From: an uncultured Planctomycetales bacterium
GTDB lineage: Bacteria > Omnitrophota > Gorgyraeia > Gygaellales > Profunditerraquicolaceae
Reading direction: 5' to 3'
Length of the DNA stretch: 64,000 nt
Assembly: GCA_964354795.1 (NCBI GenBank)
Contig: CAYHBB010000040.1
Location: 76,593-140,592, forward strand
Shown here: piece by piece, positions 15,001 through 27,000 of the stretch
How the letters are laid out: every line of letters begins with the position of its first letter
How positions within the stretch are numbered: position 1 is the first letter of the stretch
Position numbers and translations under genes: made by a program
Notes under the pieces: generated by a model
What the model was told of the DNA's origin: nothing
The model's input: only the letters and a program-made list of their open reading frames with translations
Databases searched by the model: none

Positions 15001-18000
15001 GCCTCTAACAACATAGAGATCAATCACACATTTATACTGTCCGAATGCCTCACACAGAGAAAATGGTACTGCCAATAAAAGCCTCTTTAGGCGCGAATCA
15101 GCAGTTCCTTTAAATAGATCAATACGCTTACACAATATTTCATAAATGCAGTCGAGCTCATGACAAACCTTTTCTAACTTACTAATTGATGGCTTTTCCA
15201 TGGCGTTAGCAATCTCTTCTGCCATTTCCAAGTGAGGCCACACTTCTTCTTTAATACTTTTTGCTTCTCTACGCACTAGTTTAACAACTGTTTCTTGAGG
15301 CGTTCCCCGAGGCGCTGCCCTTTGATCTTGTGGTTGCTTCCCATTCGCAGAAACCACCACTCCCAGCGCGCAGGCGCCGAGGTTAAATATGCCAAGCCCT
15401 AATGCCGACGCATGGATCGGCCCAGTGATAAGTATCGGCGCCAAGATAAACGCCAGCACCACTAGCCCAAGAATTCCAATTAAGCTTTGTCCAGATTGGT
15501 TATTGATACATGCTGTCGCAATTGTGTCGGAAACAGTTTCCCCTTGGTTTTTCCAGAGCTTCGCTGTTTCCCCATTATGCCTCACCCTGACAATCATCCA
15601 ATCATACCTATAGGGAATCCAGTAATTTTGTCTTAAGTTTCCTTGACAAATATGTGGATATTTTTTCTTTATCCGTTCCCGGGTTGAGGCGTAAAACTCA
15701 TCAATGCCCATAGATCGGGCTACCTTCATAACATGCTTTATGGCAGCGCTGTTCCACGCCCGGTAAGGATTCTCTTTGAGTTTTATCTGCCGTACGCCTC
15801 TGCTGGGATGCACTTCTTCAATAAAAAGAGCAGGCCTGCCGTCGCAGTAAAAATCTATTATTCCCAACCTCAACCTTCCAAAAGAGCCATCCAGGGGAAG
15901 GTAGGCATCGTAATTCGTAGGCGGGAATTCGACCAGGGCAGAAAGCTCAGGATGTCCGTCGATAAAACCTTTTTGCGGGAATATATCTGCAAACGGCAAT
16001 ATCCGGTAATCAAAATCTGATTCTGTTAAATCACAACGCGCAAGTACCATAAGGTTTCTGCCATCGCAAAACTTATATCCCCATTGGAAATCAGGATTTG
16101 CTTTTATCCTCTCAAAGAGCTCGCTCAGCAACCTGTCTTTTTCTGTTTGCGACAATCCCTTTTTAGAAACACCCTTAAGACTGTTTCTTCCCGGACCCTT
16201 GTCGTCATTTAACTTACGGCAGAACTGTCCCCCATCCTGAACACACGCCGCCACCATCACTGCGCCCAGCGCTCCTGCCGGATGCATAAGGCCGGCAACC
16301 GCCAGCGCGCCCAACGCCACCAGCCCGAGGAGCAAAGGTAGGCTAAAGCCGGATTGAGAAGATGGGGAAACGTCCCCGATTTTATTTATTTTATTCAATA
16401 TTTCTCTTAACCCGCGTAAGTCTTTTTCCGCGGCATTGCTCATGGCAATAATTAAGTCAAAATGCTCACCCCTAAGCTGCTCCACCTTTCTGCTGATTAA
16501 TTTATTTATAAAGCGGCGTTTGCGCTTCAGGGTGCGCAGGCTGATTTTCTCTTTGAAGTTCTTCTGCTCGTTCATTGCAAACTGCATTGTCGCCTTTGAA
16601 CACAGGAAGCTCTTTATCTCGGGAAGGGTTAACCTGATCGATACACCCTTTTCGGTCATAACCACCCTGGAAGCCACCTCTGGCCGGTTGCGGATAAATT
16701 CTTTTAAGGCCCTGGCGACATAACCGTAGTCTGCCTCGCCAAAATACACCAGGTTCCTGATCGAGGCAAACTCTGGGTTAACCACAAGCTCCCGCAGGTG
16801 CGGCTGTTGTGCAGAACTAATGCCGATTACCTGCTGGTAGAGCTTGCGCAGGGTAAGGTGAAACTTAAATTCAAAAACCGCGTTTTCGCTTATTGCATCA
16901 AATTCTTTTACCTGGATTTTATCCCTGATTAGCACCCTGTCAATTGCCTTCAGCCTTCCGGGGCTAAGGTTCTTTAATGTGCTCTGCCTGTTTATGACAA
17001 CCTCGTATAACCCCGATATCTCGCCAGCCCATCCCAGCACGCGGTAGCGCCAACCTTCACCTGCCTGCGGCCACTTAGCCATATCCTTGACCGCTGCCCG
17101 GACAAATCCATGGATCATCTCAGCTGCCTGCCCATTGTATTCTAATAACTGCGTAACTTTCCTGCGGAAATTTGCAAACGAAAAGTCCCGGTTCACGAAG
17201 TTGCTCAATTTCTCTAAATCTTCCTCGACAGAAACGAAGCCAGGATTATTTTCTTGGGAAAGCACTGCGCCAAGAGCAAAAATGCCAAGCGCTAGTGCCG
17301 ACGGGGCATGAATCAGGCCGGCAATAAGTATTGACGCTAAGATAAACACCAGCGCCACCAGCCCGAGGAGCGCGATCAGGCTTTGGCCGGAGTCAGAGAA
17401 AATAGAACCGTCCCCTTTATTTGCAGGCAGGCTGAAGCCGGATCTGGATTTTTGGCTTTGTTCTCCTATCCTCTTGTGCAACAAGGCCTCCACGGAGGTG
17501 GAAGCGTCCCCTTTACTATATTTTTCTCTCATCGTGGCAAACTTCTTCGCTATTATTCGCCTTTTTTCTACACTATTCAACATCCGAGGACGGAATATAA
17601 GATAGGACCGAAAACCGGATAATTTAATATCAATAACCACAGGGGCCGTTTGTCCGTCTGCTAATGTTCTAACAACCACGTTAGCAGAGGATAAATCCGC
17701 GAAATTAAGTCTGCTACTCTGCATAAACTCTTCAATCCTTGCCATCTTATTCCAAAAGTCAGCGCTTTTGACCACCCCGTAATCTTCAAGGCGGGGAGAA
17801 ATACGGCCAGTGGCATCCAAAATACATTCTGTTTTTAGCGCAGTTTTTCCCCTGTATTTAGCGAATCCGTAAATTTTAGCAAAGCTATCCCGTAGATCAT
17901 AAGGGATAGACGGCGCAATACGTCTATACATTTTGTATTCATAACTGTTAAAATCCAGGATAAATAAATGCCGTAATAATGTGCGTATCCTCACTTCGGG

Positions 18001-21000
18001 CATAAGGATCTTAAAAACAAAGTTACCCTGCCTGTAAACGCGCCGGTGCGTGCCTCGAGCTACATAATCATCTTGTGCCTGCTGGCCATTCACAACGTCT
18101 CTGTGGTCGCGGTCGTCCATAAAAGCTGCTATCGTCTCTATTACAATCTGCCGTATTAATCGCAAAGACCAATTGCGAATCTCATGACTATTGACCTGCA
18201 TCGCCTCTTGTAATTCCTGAACTGTCTTAGGGCCCTTTCCGAAGCCTCTATGCGGACCAAATAAGCACAAGCCGCCCGGCCTTCTATAGGTAAAAACATC
18301 GACATAATCTGGATAATCTCTTAGGTTTTCCATCGAAAGAGGGCGCGGACCCAACAAAGACATTTCGCCTTTGATAATATTTACCACTTGAGGCAATTCA
18401 TCAAACAGGTTCTTCCGAAGGAACCATCCCAATGGTGTATGTCTTCTCTCTTCTGGTATGTTTGTATGAGTGAGGGTTCTAAATTTATAGATTCTAAAAG
18501 GGCGGCCTTTATATCCTATACGTTCCTCAGTATAAAAAACGGGGCCCTTCGATGTGAGTTTTATTAACGGTGCGATAATAATCGTTGCAATACAAAGAAC
18601 CGGCAACAACGATATCCCAACAATCATATCCATAGCCCTTAACCGCTTTACCCACCGCCGATAAGGAGTCTTCTCGTGTTCCTCGGTGCTTATTTTCCAA
18701 TTAAAACCAGAGTGCCCGGAGTTCGTTATTTGGCCAGCCGCGCTGATTCCATCGCTGTCGTTGCGGAGGTCTTCGCGGAGGGCATCTCTTGGGCCAATGT
18801 AGAACTTCCAAAGGATATATTCATCGGTCTCAACCAGAGAAAATCCTGCCTTCTTTAAGCATTTCTCTGTTTTGGCAACTTCTTCCGGGTCGCGATAAAA
18901 CTCTCTCTCATCTCTGCCGAAATAAACCGTAATTGCCCCGAGAGGACCCTTTATCAGATCGCTGTTTACACAGATGGCCATAATCAACACTAAGGCCTCT
19001 ATTCCGTAATCATGGTCCCTAAAATTAACCTTACTGAAAGGACCGCCGTGTATTGCATACCTGAACCATCTTTCCTGGGGCGGGTCAACAGGGCAGTCTA
19101 TAATCCCATGCCCTATGGCACAGGATTGGTCTGACCGTAGCGATATCAGAAAAACGTGTTGCTGTGGTAGTGCCTCTAAAGAGAATTTTCCATCCTCGCC
19201 GATCCGTTTTAAGACCCTGAAGAACGTGATTTCTATGTTTTTAAATCTGAAAACCTGGCAACTATTCTGGTCGAGGCTTTGCGGAAACATTACCCTGCCG
19301 ATTCCCGCAGGACAATTATAATCAGCCATACCTTTTATAAGCAGTTTGACGCGGCGGGCGGTTTCCTCAGCCGCCGAAATTTGTTCTTTTTCAAAACGAA
19401 CGCTTCGGATATACTCTTGACTCAACGGAATGGCATGATGGGGCACGGATGGGGAAGCGGGGACGTTTCCCCCTATTGTAACAGCTTTATTCTCATTGGG
19501 TTGCGAAGGCGAATTAAGAATTTGCTTATCGGAAGGCTGGATTGTTGCGGCTAATAGCGGGACGGCGGAAAGCGCAGCAAACGGCCCTGCGGTGGCGGGA
19601 TGACTCAGTAAACCAATAATAGCCGCCAGCACGCCCAGAGCCAAGAGGCCAACAAATAGTGTGATTAAGTTCTGGCTGGATGACCGACAGGGACTGTCCC
19701 CGCTTTTTGGGGACTGTCCCTGAATTTGTTTCCCTAAATCCTTGCGCTGCAACGTGCCCAAAGAGGGGGAAACGTCCCCTCTAATACACTCCCATTCCCC
19801 CTGTTCGAATTTGACTTTAACCGGCTCTCCCCTTACCCCGGATCTGTATACTGCTGACATTAACTTAATACCAATGCTGTGATCGGCAAGCGAGGATCTG
19901 ACTATTGCCTGCGTCAAATCTTTGCTTTCTGCCAGCACGGACAAGAACTCTTTCGCTGGCAAACTATCGTCTTCCGGCTCTACCGGCATAACCTCGATAC
20001 TCTTAGCGCTTCCTGTGACTACCGGGTTAGTTAAGAATAGAAGTTCGGCATGGCTGTCTCCTCCGATAGCTGCTTTATCCGAAATCCCGAATTTAGCGAT
20101 TCTTCTATACTGCACTGCTGCAACCGGGCCCTGATGAAGACTTAACAACTCATATTTGACCCTGAAACGGTCTTTTGAGATTATGGTTACCCCTTCATGG
20201 AGAAACTTTATACTAACCTGACATCTTTTTTCATCTCCATGTTTAAATGTGATAAGAATGTTTGCGTTGATTTCCGAAAGCCCTCTCAAGTTTTCTATAA
20301 CTCCCGGATCGATTTCGGAAAGCAGCTTTATTTGGCCGTCCCTGTGCCGGAAAACCGGAAAGGTAGTAAATGAATCCATCGGACGCCACAAATCAGCGTA
20401 AACTACCGCGCTATCAATATCCTTCGGATTAGTATGGCGGATCAACCACGGGATAATATCAAGGAAATGGTAGCCTGAATGCGAAATCTTGCCTCCGGCA
20501 GACTTATACGCCCATTGATTGCTTCCGTAAGACCCAAGACTCGCTTCATGCTCGTCTTTTGCAAATATCCAGTAACCGTCATTTGTCTCGTAATTAATGC
20601 TTGTAATCGGCACGGTTATCCCGTCGATACGGTTCGCAGAAATTCTTGCGGCTATTTTATTGAATACATCGGAGTATCTTTTCTGTGTAGCCGCCATAAA
20701 AAGCAACCCGGGCTTACTCTTGGCTATTCGCATCAGCTCTTCATAATCAGCAAATATCTGGCTAGCCCCGGCTTCGTCAATGCTGCAGCCTGATGGAGTA
20801 GTCAGAGGTTTATCCACAAGGACATGGTAACCAGCATTCAGCGCCCAGGAAACGTAGGCTTTATGCGAGACTGGATGAGTTGAAACAATCACTGCTATTC
20901 TTTCATAATCCTTTAATTTATCCTTCAGGCTTTCCTGTGTATCAAAGAACCGTTTGACTTCTTCCTCTGCAGGAACCCTTTTTCTCCATTCGTCGGGGAC

Positions 21001-24000
21001 ATATCGCTCTATCTCAGGCTGCTTTAAGCCCATACGTTGATAATATCTCTTGAGCTCCTCTTCATGCCCGCTATAAACTACTTCCTCCGCATCTCTACCC
21101 CTTGTGCCATTTTCTATTCTAAAATCAACAACAGCCAATAAGTGGCATTTTTCCCGATAACCCTCTAACGCGCGTAAATGAGCACTTAAAGCATACCTAC
21201 CGGCACCAATCAATATCACCCCAACTTTATGTTGTGGCAAGGAACAGCCGATAGAACCTTGCACTGAAGCCTCCCTGAAGGGAAGCGTGCCATCTTTATC
21301 TGCCTCATAAATATAATGCGTGTTATCGCTTATCGATGCTCTGATAGTAAAACTGGGGGGCGTTTCGGGGTTTTTGGGCTGGATGATCGCGCCGATGAGT
21401 GCCAGAGGCAGTACAATCGCAGCTGCCGGCGGCGCATGAATTAATCCTGCGATTAAAACCGGCACTAAAATATAAACGAGCACCACCAGCCCAAGAAGCG
21501 CGATCAGGCCTTGGCCGGAAGTAGGCTTCTTGTTAGGTTGAGGACTGACCAGGAAGGCCTTATAGAGCAGGGCGATCTCTTCGGCAGTGGCTTTTTCTTT
21601 CAATTTAAAATCCTTTATTGCTGCCTGAATAAGGTCAGAGGCAAAGAGGGTTTGCTCTTCTAGAGGCACCTGTTTCGCACAGGCGGCCTTTGGCTCTCTT
21701 TTAAGATAAGGCACCACTACGCCTAAGATATTATCTCGTTTATGTTTCTTCAAGCTAGGGATAAGGCAACCGAAATTACTTACTTTGGTAATGAAAAGAA
21801 GTGTATCGCAGGCAGTAAAAACCGGTGATTTCTCGGAAATGAAAGCGCTCTTGTACAGGCGGGCCCTCCAGTAGCGCGGAGATCCCGTGATAAGGTTATT
21901 CTTTGCGTGCCATTCGCGGAAAACCCTGCTGAAGACAGCCTCGTCATTAGCGTATCCTTTAACTTTATTCATATGCACATCATTGAGAAAATTCTGATAA
22001 GCCCTCATAAAACGCGAAACCAGCAAAGAATCTTCGGTTATAGAAATGATCAAATCTAATTGCCCTACTGCTCTAGCTGCCTTTTTCTCTGTAGTGGCGG
22101 CAGCAATCAATATGGAGGCGCGCTTAATCGCGTTAGTAAGGCCTGTAAATTCGACTTCTCTGAAGAACGGCCAGCGCAGTAATCTCTCCAACTCTGCTTT
22201 TGCGTTTTCCCGCCCTCCCCCTTGGAACAGTGACTTAATATCTTTCGCCCTGTCGATCACCCTGTTAAAACGCCTTTCTCCACACTGGCGCAGTTCAAGA
22301 CGCAATGATTCAAGATTTGAAAACATACCTTCTATGGCATGCAGGCGAAGCCCGATAAAAGGCAATGCTGCGCTCAGGCTTTCCGCCGCCAGCTTGAAAT
22401 ATCCTTTCTCAAGCAACTGCGCTGCAGTCTCCAGATCACTACGGCACTCTTTCTTAGATTCTACCTTTACGCCCTTAAGCTCATCGGCGAGAAAAGCGAT
22501 TTCCCTTACCAACTCCATAGCAGTATCCCTGGCTCCGGGATAATTGACAAGCTCTGATGATTTCCTTGAAATATCTTCAATCCTGTAAGAGAAATCTTTC
22601 ATCTTCCGGTAATCGCGGGCCAAAGAAGCAAAGATCTTATCCAGTATCCTGTGCCAGCGGTAAAGCGTAAATGTCTGCGGGCGCTGCCTGACCAAAGTCG
22701 TTCCCTCTTCGCTGAGAAGCCTGCCCATCAATATGGTGAATTTTCCGTTCTTTTTTCCTTCTTTTTCTTCGACAATCTTCTCTTTTACTTCCTGACAGTT
22801 TGCGCGTATGCGCTCATCCAGAATTTCTTTTCTTTGCTCTGCGGTTTTTCTGGATAAAGCGCTTAAGATCGCGCAGGCTGCCGGCTCATTGCCTTTTTCG
22901 ATCAGGCCCACTATTTCATCCGCTCTCTCTATACCGCTGTTTCGGATAACAATTTTAAGCTGGGCAATATTTCTCGCCACCTCTTCAGCTCCCGCCCTAC
23001 GCGTTCCTAAGCGTAAAGTGCGATGGTGCAGATCCTTGATTCTTTGGTGTCCGGCTTTTAACCTGGCCTCATGCCCATCTAAAGTCATGCCTAAAAATCC
23101 GCAGCAAGCAATGGCCCCGATTATAAACACTGGCTTAGCCAGTAAAATAGCGGTAACCCCTATCAGAATGAAGATTAATGGCAAATATTTGAACAATGAA
23201 ATAAAGTTATACAAACTGGAGTCCAGAGAAAGGCAGGCTTGTTTAAGAAAATTATATTGCTCTCCTATATCTTTTGCGCTAGCCACATCCGTTTCGGTGC
23301 AATTCCAAGTACTACCTTGATCAGGATGGCGGAAAGGAAAGTTAGTCTTTCCGTCAAAACCACTGACCAGCCTTATTGAGCCATCATTAAAAACCTTTGT
23401 CCCCGGATAAGGAATGGCTATATTATAGGACGCGCACGTGCCGAGTGCGCAAAGCATGATTAATAACGGCGGAGCACAAATAGCATGGCCCATGAACCCG
23501 GCAAGCCACAAAGGCAGGGTAACGGCGCATAAGAGAAATAGCCCCAGGGGCATAAGGTATTCGCTAAGAATGATGCCTGAAGCGGGATCACTGTTTTCGC
23601 TTCCTGCTCTTTCTTCGATTTTGTCGATGTTATCTTGGATCTCCTGCGCTGCCTCGCGCAATAGCTTTACGGCTTTTCCTAAAACAAATATATTCCTCTT
23701 ACGGTTTTCTCCAAGAAAAACACAGTTATAGAAATAACGCCCCAGGGTACTCCACAGGATAGGGTCGTTTATTGTGCCTTTATTTTCCGGCGGGTTTACG
23801 CGGCCCAGATATTTCTCCGCATTTAGCATTTCAAGAATGGCTAAATTCCCTGCAAGTTTTTTGCTTTCCTCAACAAATGTTTTCTTCGGCAAGATCAATT
23901 CTCCCTTGCCATCCTTGATGTTTTGCTCCAGTCCTCCCAGTAATACCGTCAGCGAGGAATTTAGATCGTGCTGGATCCAACTGTTAAAACCTATTGAAAA

Positions 24001-27000
24001 TACCATCTCCTGCCTGGATGTGTATGTTAATGAAGAATCTAAAAAAGTAACGAACTCCAATATTTCTTTAAAATATTGCACCCATTCTAAAGCGCTGACA
24101 AGGTGATCGTCTTTTGTTGTCAATGGCCTTTGCGGCCAGTCAATTTTCTCAGCCTGCTCTTCAAATATATTATAATGATCGTCATTCAGCTTTTCCCTTC
24201 GTTTTTTCAACTCCCCGAAGAACTGAGCCGTCATCTGCCGCACATACATGACTGAATCTGTCAACGCCGGGGCCAAAGGAGAATATTTCAGGGTTGCGCC
24301 TGCCAAATAGCCTATTACTTTCAAGAAAGCTTCTTTTTCAGAAATAAAATTGCCGATCATCTTATCCAGAAGATGAGCGTTCTCAAGGTCATTTTTGCTT
24401 ACAGCAATAAGCGACTGGTACGCGCGCATCACCCTGCCGAGCCTAGCCTGGTGATTCGATAATGCCTCGCGCTGCTGTGTGTCGATTTTATTTTCTTCTT
24501 TGGCGCGCAGAAAAAAATAATTGAACCAAGAAAGGTGATTAGGGAAGGCGTCGTTGAAATATAACTGTATCGCCTTAAATAAAAACTGCAGTGAATCTTC
24601 GGGTAAACCTTCCTTATTGTCTTCGGCCGCGCGCTCAAAAACAGTCTTTTTGTCATGGGTGGGTAAATTTCTTAGTATTTCAATAAATTCCGGACTATGG
24701 AATTCATCTTGCAGCTCTTTGGCCCCGATCCAGGAGTTTTCGTCATTTACCGCAGAAAGCGGGGTGGTTCCATCTGTAGACACATGGTAGATCTTTGTAT
24801 GAAAAGCGTCCTGCAAATCGTACAGTAAATTAAGTCTTGCGTCCTGTATATACAACGGCCCCAATTCCGTGTGCAGAAAATCCGAACGATATGCCGGGGC
24901 TTTCAAGACAATATCTCTTTTCGGCCAATTGCGGAATTCCCGGCAGAGAATAAAGGGCGTGCGCAAAGCGGTATCGATCAGTTTGTCTGCTGCCTGATCT
25001 TGGCCACGGCCCCTGAGATACTGATCAAAACAATTGCCTTTTAAGTCCTCCGCCGGGTCTGTTAAAGCAAACCTTTGCGCCTGATGCTTCAGCTGCCGGC
25101 AAATAACCTTGATCAAGACAAGCGCAAGAGAAGTTGCTCCCGCTGCCGCAGCAAAGACACTCAGGCTAGACATCGCTCCCACCCAGTCTTCAGGATCAGC
25201 TTTTACCTCTAATATAGGTAAGGCGCCTTCGGCTTTTCCCTGGATAGCGTGATACTGGTTCTCTGCAGGCTTAATAGCATAAATACCCTCTGCCGCAGCC
25301 TTAAGCTTAGCCTTTGAACCTAACACTCTTTGGACAACTGACAAGCGCAGAAGATTGTCTTTGATGCATTCACCTTGAGCATTCTTATTAAGAATCGATC
25401 TTAAGAATTTATTCCTTAGTTTGTATGAACTAAGGGCCATTGTCACGCAATTGAAGGAAGCCCGTAATTCATCTGTATCGTTTTCCGAGCCTTTACGGAC
25501 ATAGTAGTCGATTATGCCTTTCTCCAATGCCTCTTTTATTTGCGGCCTCTCCTCTAGGCCCCTTCCGCTTTGCAGGACAATATATGATTTGGAACCATTC
25601 TCTCTCATTGTGCGCGCAAAGGACAGTCCATCCATAAACTTCATCTCTAAATCAGTTATAATAATACCGAACTCTCCCTGGGCTTTGATAATCTCAAGCG
25701 CTTGCTTTGCGTCATTAGCGGTGATCGTCTCAGACAACCCGGAGCAAAAATAAAGCAGCCTTTTAAGTCCACTGAGTATGCTGGCTTCGTCATCTACTAA
25801 TAAAAGCCTTTTGTTCCCCGAAGAATTGATTACTGCACCTAAGCAAGCAAATACTCCAAGAAAAGCAAAAGACTTTAGAAAAGTGCTTAAGAACATGATA
25901 AGAGAAAACGCGGGGATAGAAATAAAGATGAAAGAAATAATAAACGGGCAAAGAATACCCAAAGCAACTAATATTTTAGTCAAAGCCTGCTTTCCGTTAT
26001 GCCCATTCATTTCATGAAGCGAGGAGATGATGCCGATAACCCTGCCTTTCTTATTAAGCACCTGCTGCTCAGTGATCCAAACGCTACGTACGCTTCCGTC
26101 GGCAAACTGATATTCCCGCTCAAAAGGCGGCAGAGTTTCCGGCTCTTTAAGCTTTTTAGCGACTACCGCGTGTACCTCCTCCTGGCACTTCGGCGCCACG
26201 AATTCCCAGACATAACGGCCGGCCATATCTTCGGCGCTATTTAATCCCAGGAACTTCACTTCAGCCTCGTTCACCCAGACAATCTCTCCATTCTCATTGA
26301 TCATGTGGGAAGGCACAGGTGAAGAGAGAAATTTAGCGTATTCTTCGGGACGATAAAGATTTTTAAGTTTGCGCACTGCTTCGCTCAGGAAACGCGGGGC
26401 GATATCCTCGACTGCGCCCTGATCGACGATTACCGTGGTATCGGCGTTCTCAAGAAGCATGCTCACCGGAGTCCCGCTTTCCATAAGCGCCTGTTTTAAT
26501 ATCTTTGCCTTGCGTTTACCGAGAGCAAGGAGAAAAACCTTCTTATCCGATTTTCCGCCTAAAACTATATCATACAAGCTCATCGTATTGGCGTAAGGGT
26601 TCACTTCGATACCGGGATAGTCCTCTCTGTTGGCGCGGATGATTTCCTCGGTAAGACGCACTTTTTTGAGCCTGCCCTGCTCTCTGATATCCAGATGCGA
26701 ACCTTGTGAGTTAAGGCCGATATGCCCATCCGAACCTACGCCTACAACAATAATATCCGCTCCCCCGAAATGCTCATTAAGCTCATTCATATAGGCTTTG
26801 GGATCAGGGCCGGCTCCGATATAATGAATATTTTTTCTTGATTCAGGCGTAGTGAAAACCAGCGAAAATAGTTCTTTCTCAAGCGTGTGCGCGTAGGAAT
26901 AAAGGCTGTCCACATCAAGGCCCTGGTATTCAGCTAACTGAAAAGCGTTCAATCCCTGCCAATAGATGCAGTATTCCTGGTCAGCAAGCGCCCGTAAGAA

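Noticed and set aside
5090-21530. The regularly spaced nucleotide-conserved repeats around gcgcgatcaggc, which could be a CRISPR array or a REP/MITE family.
   Set aside because: Spacing is irregular at 0.5-3 kb. The repeats are in frame and translate to a conserved hydrophobic peptide. Flanking segments are long enzyme-coding modules, not short spacers.
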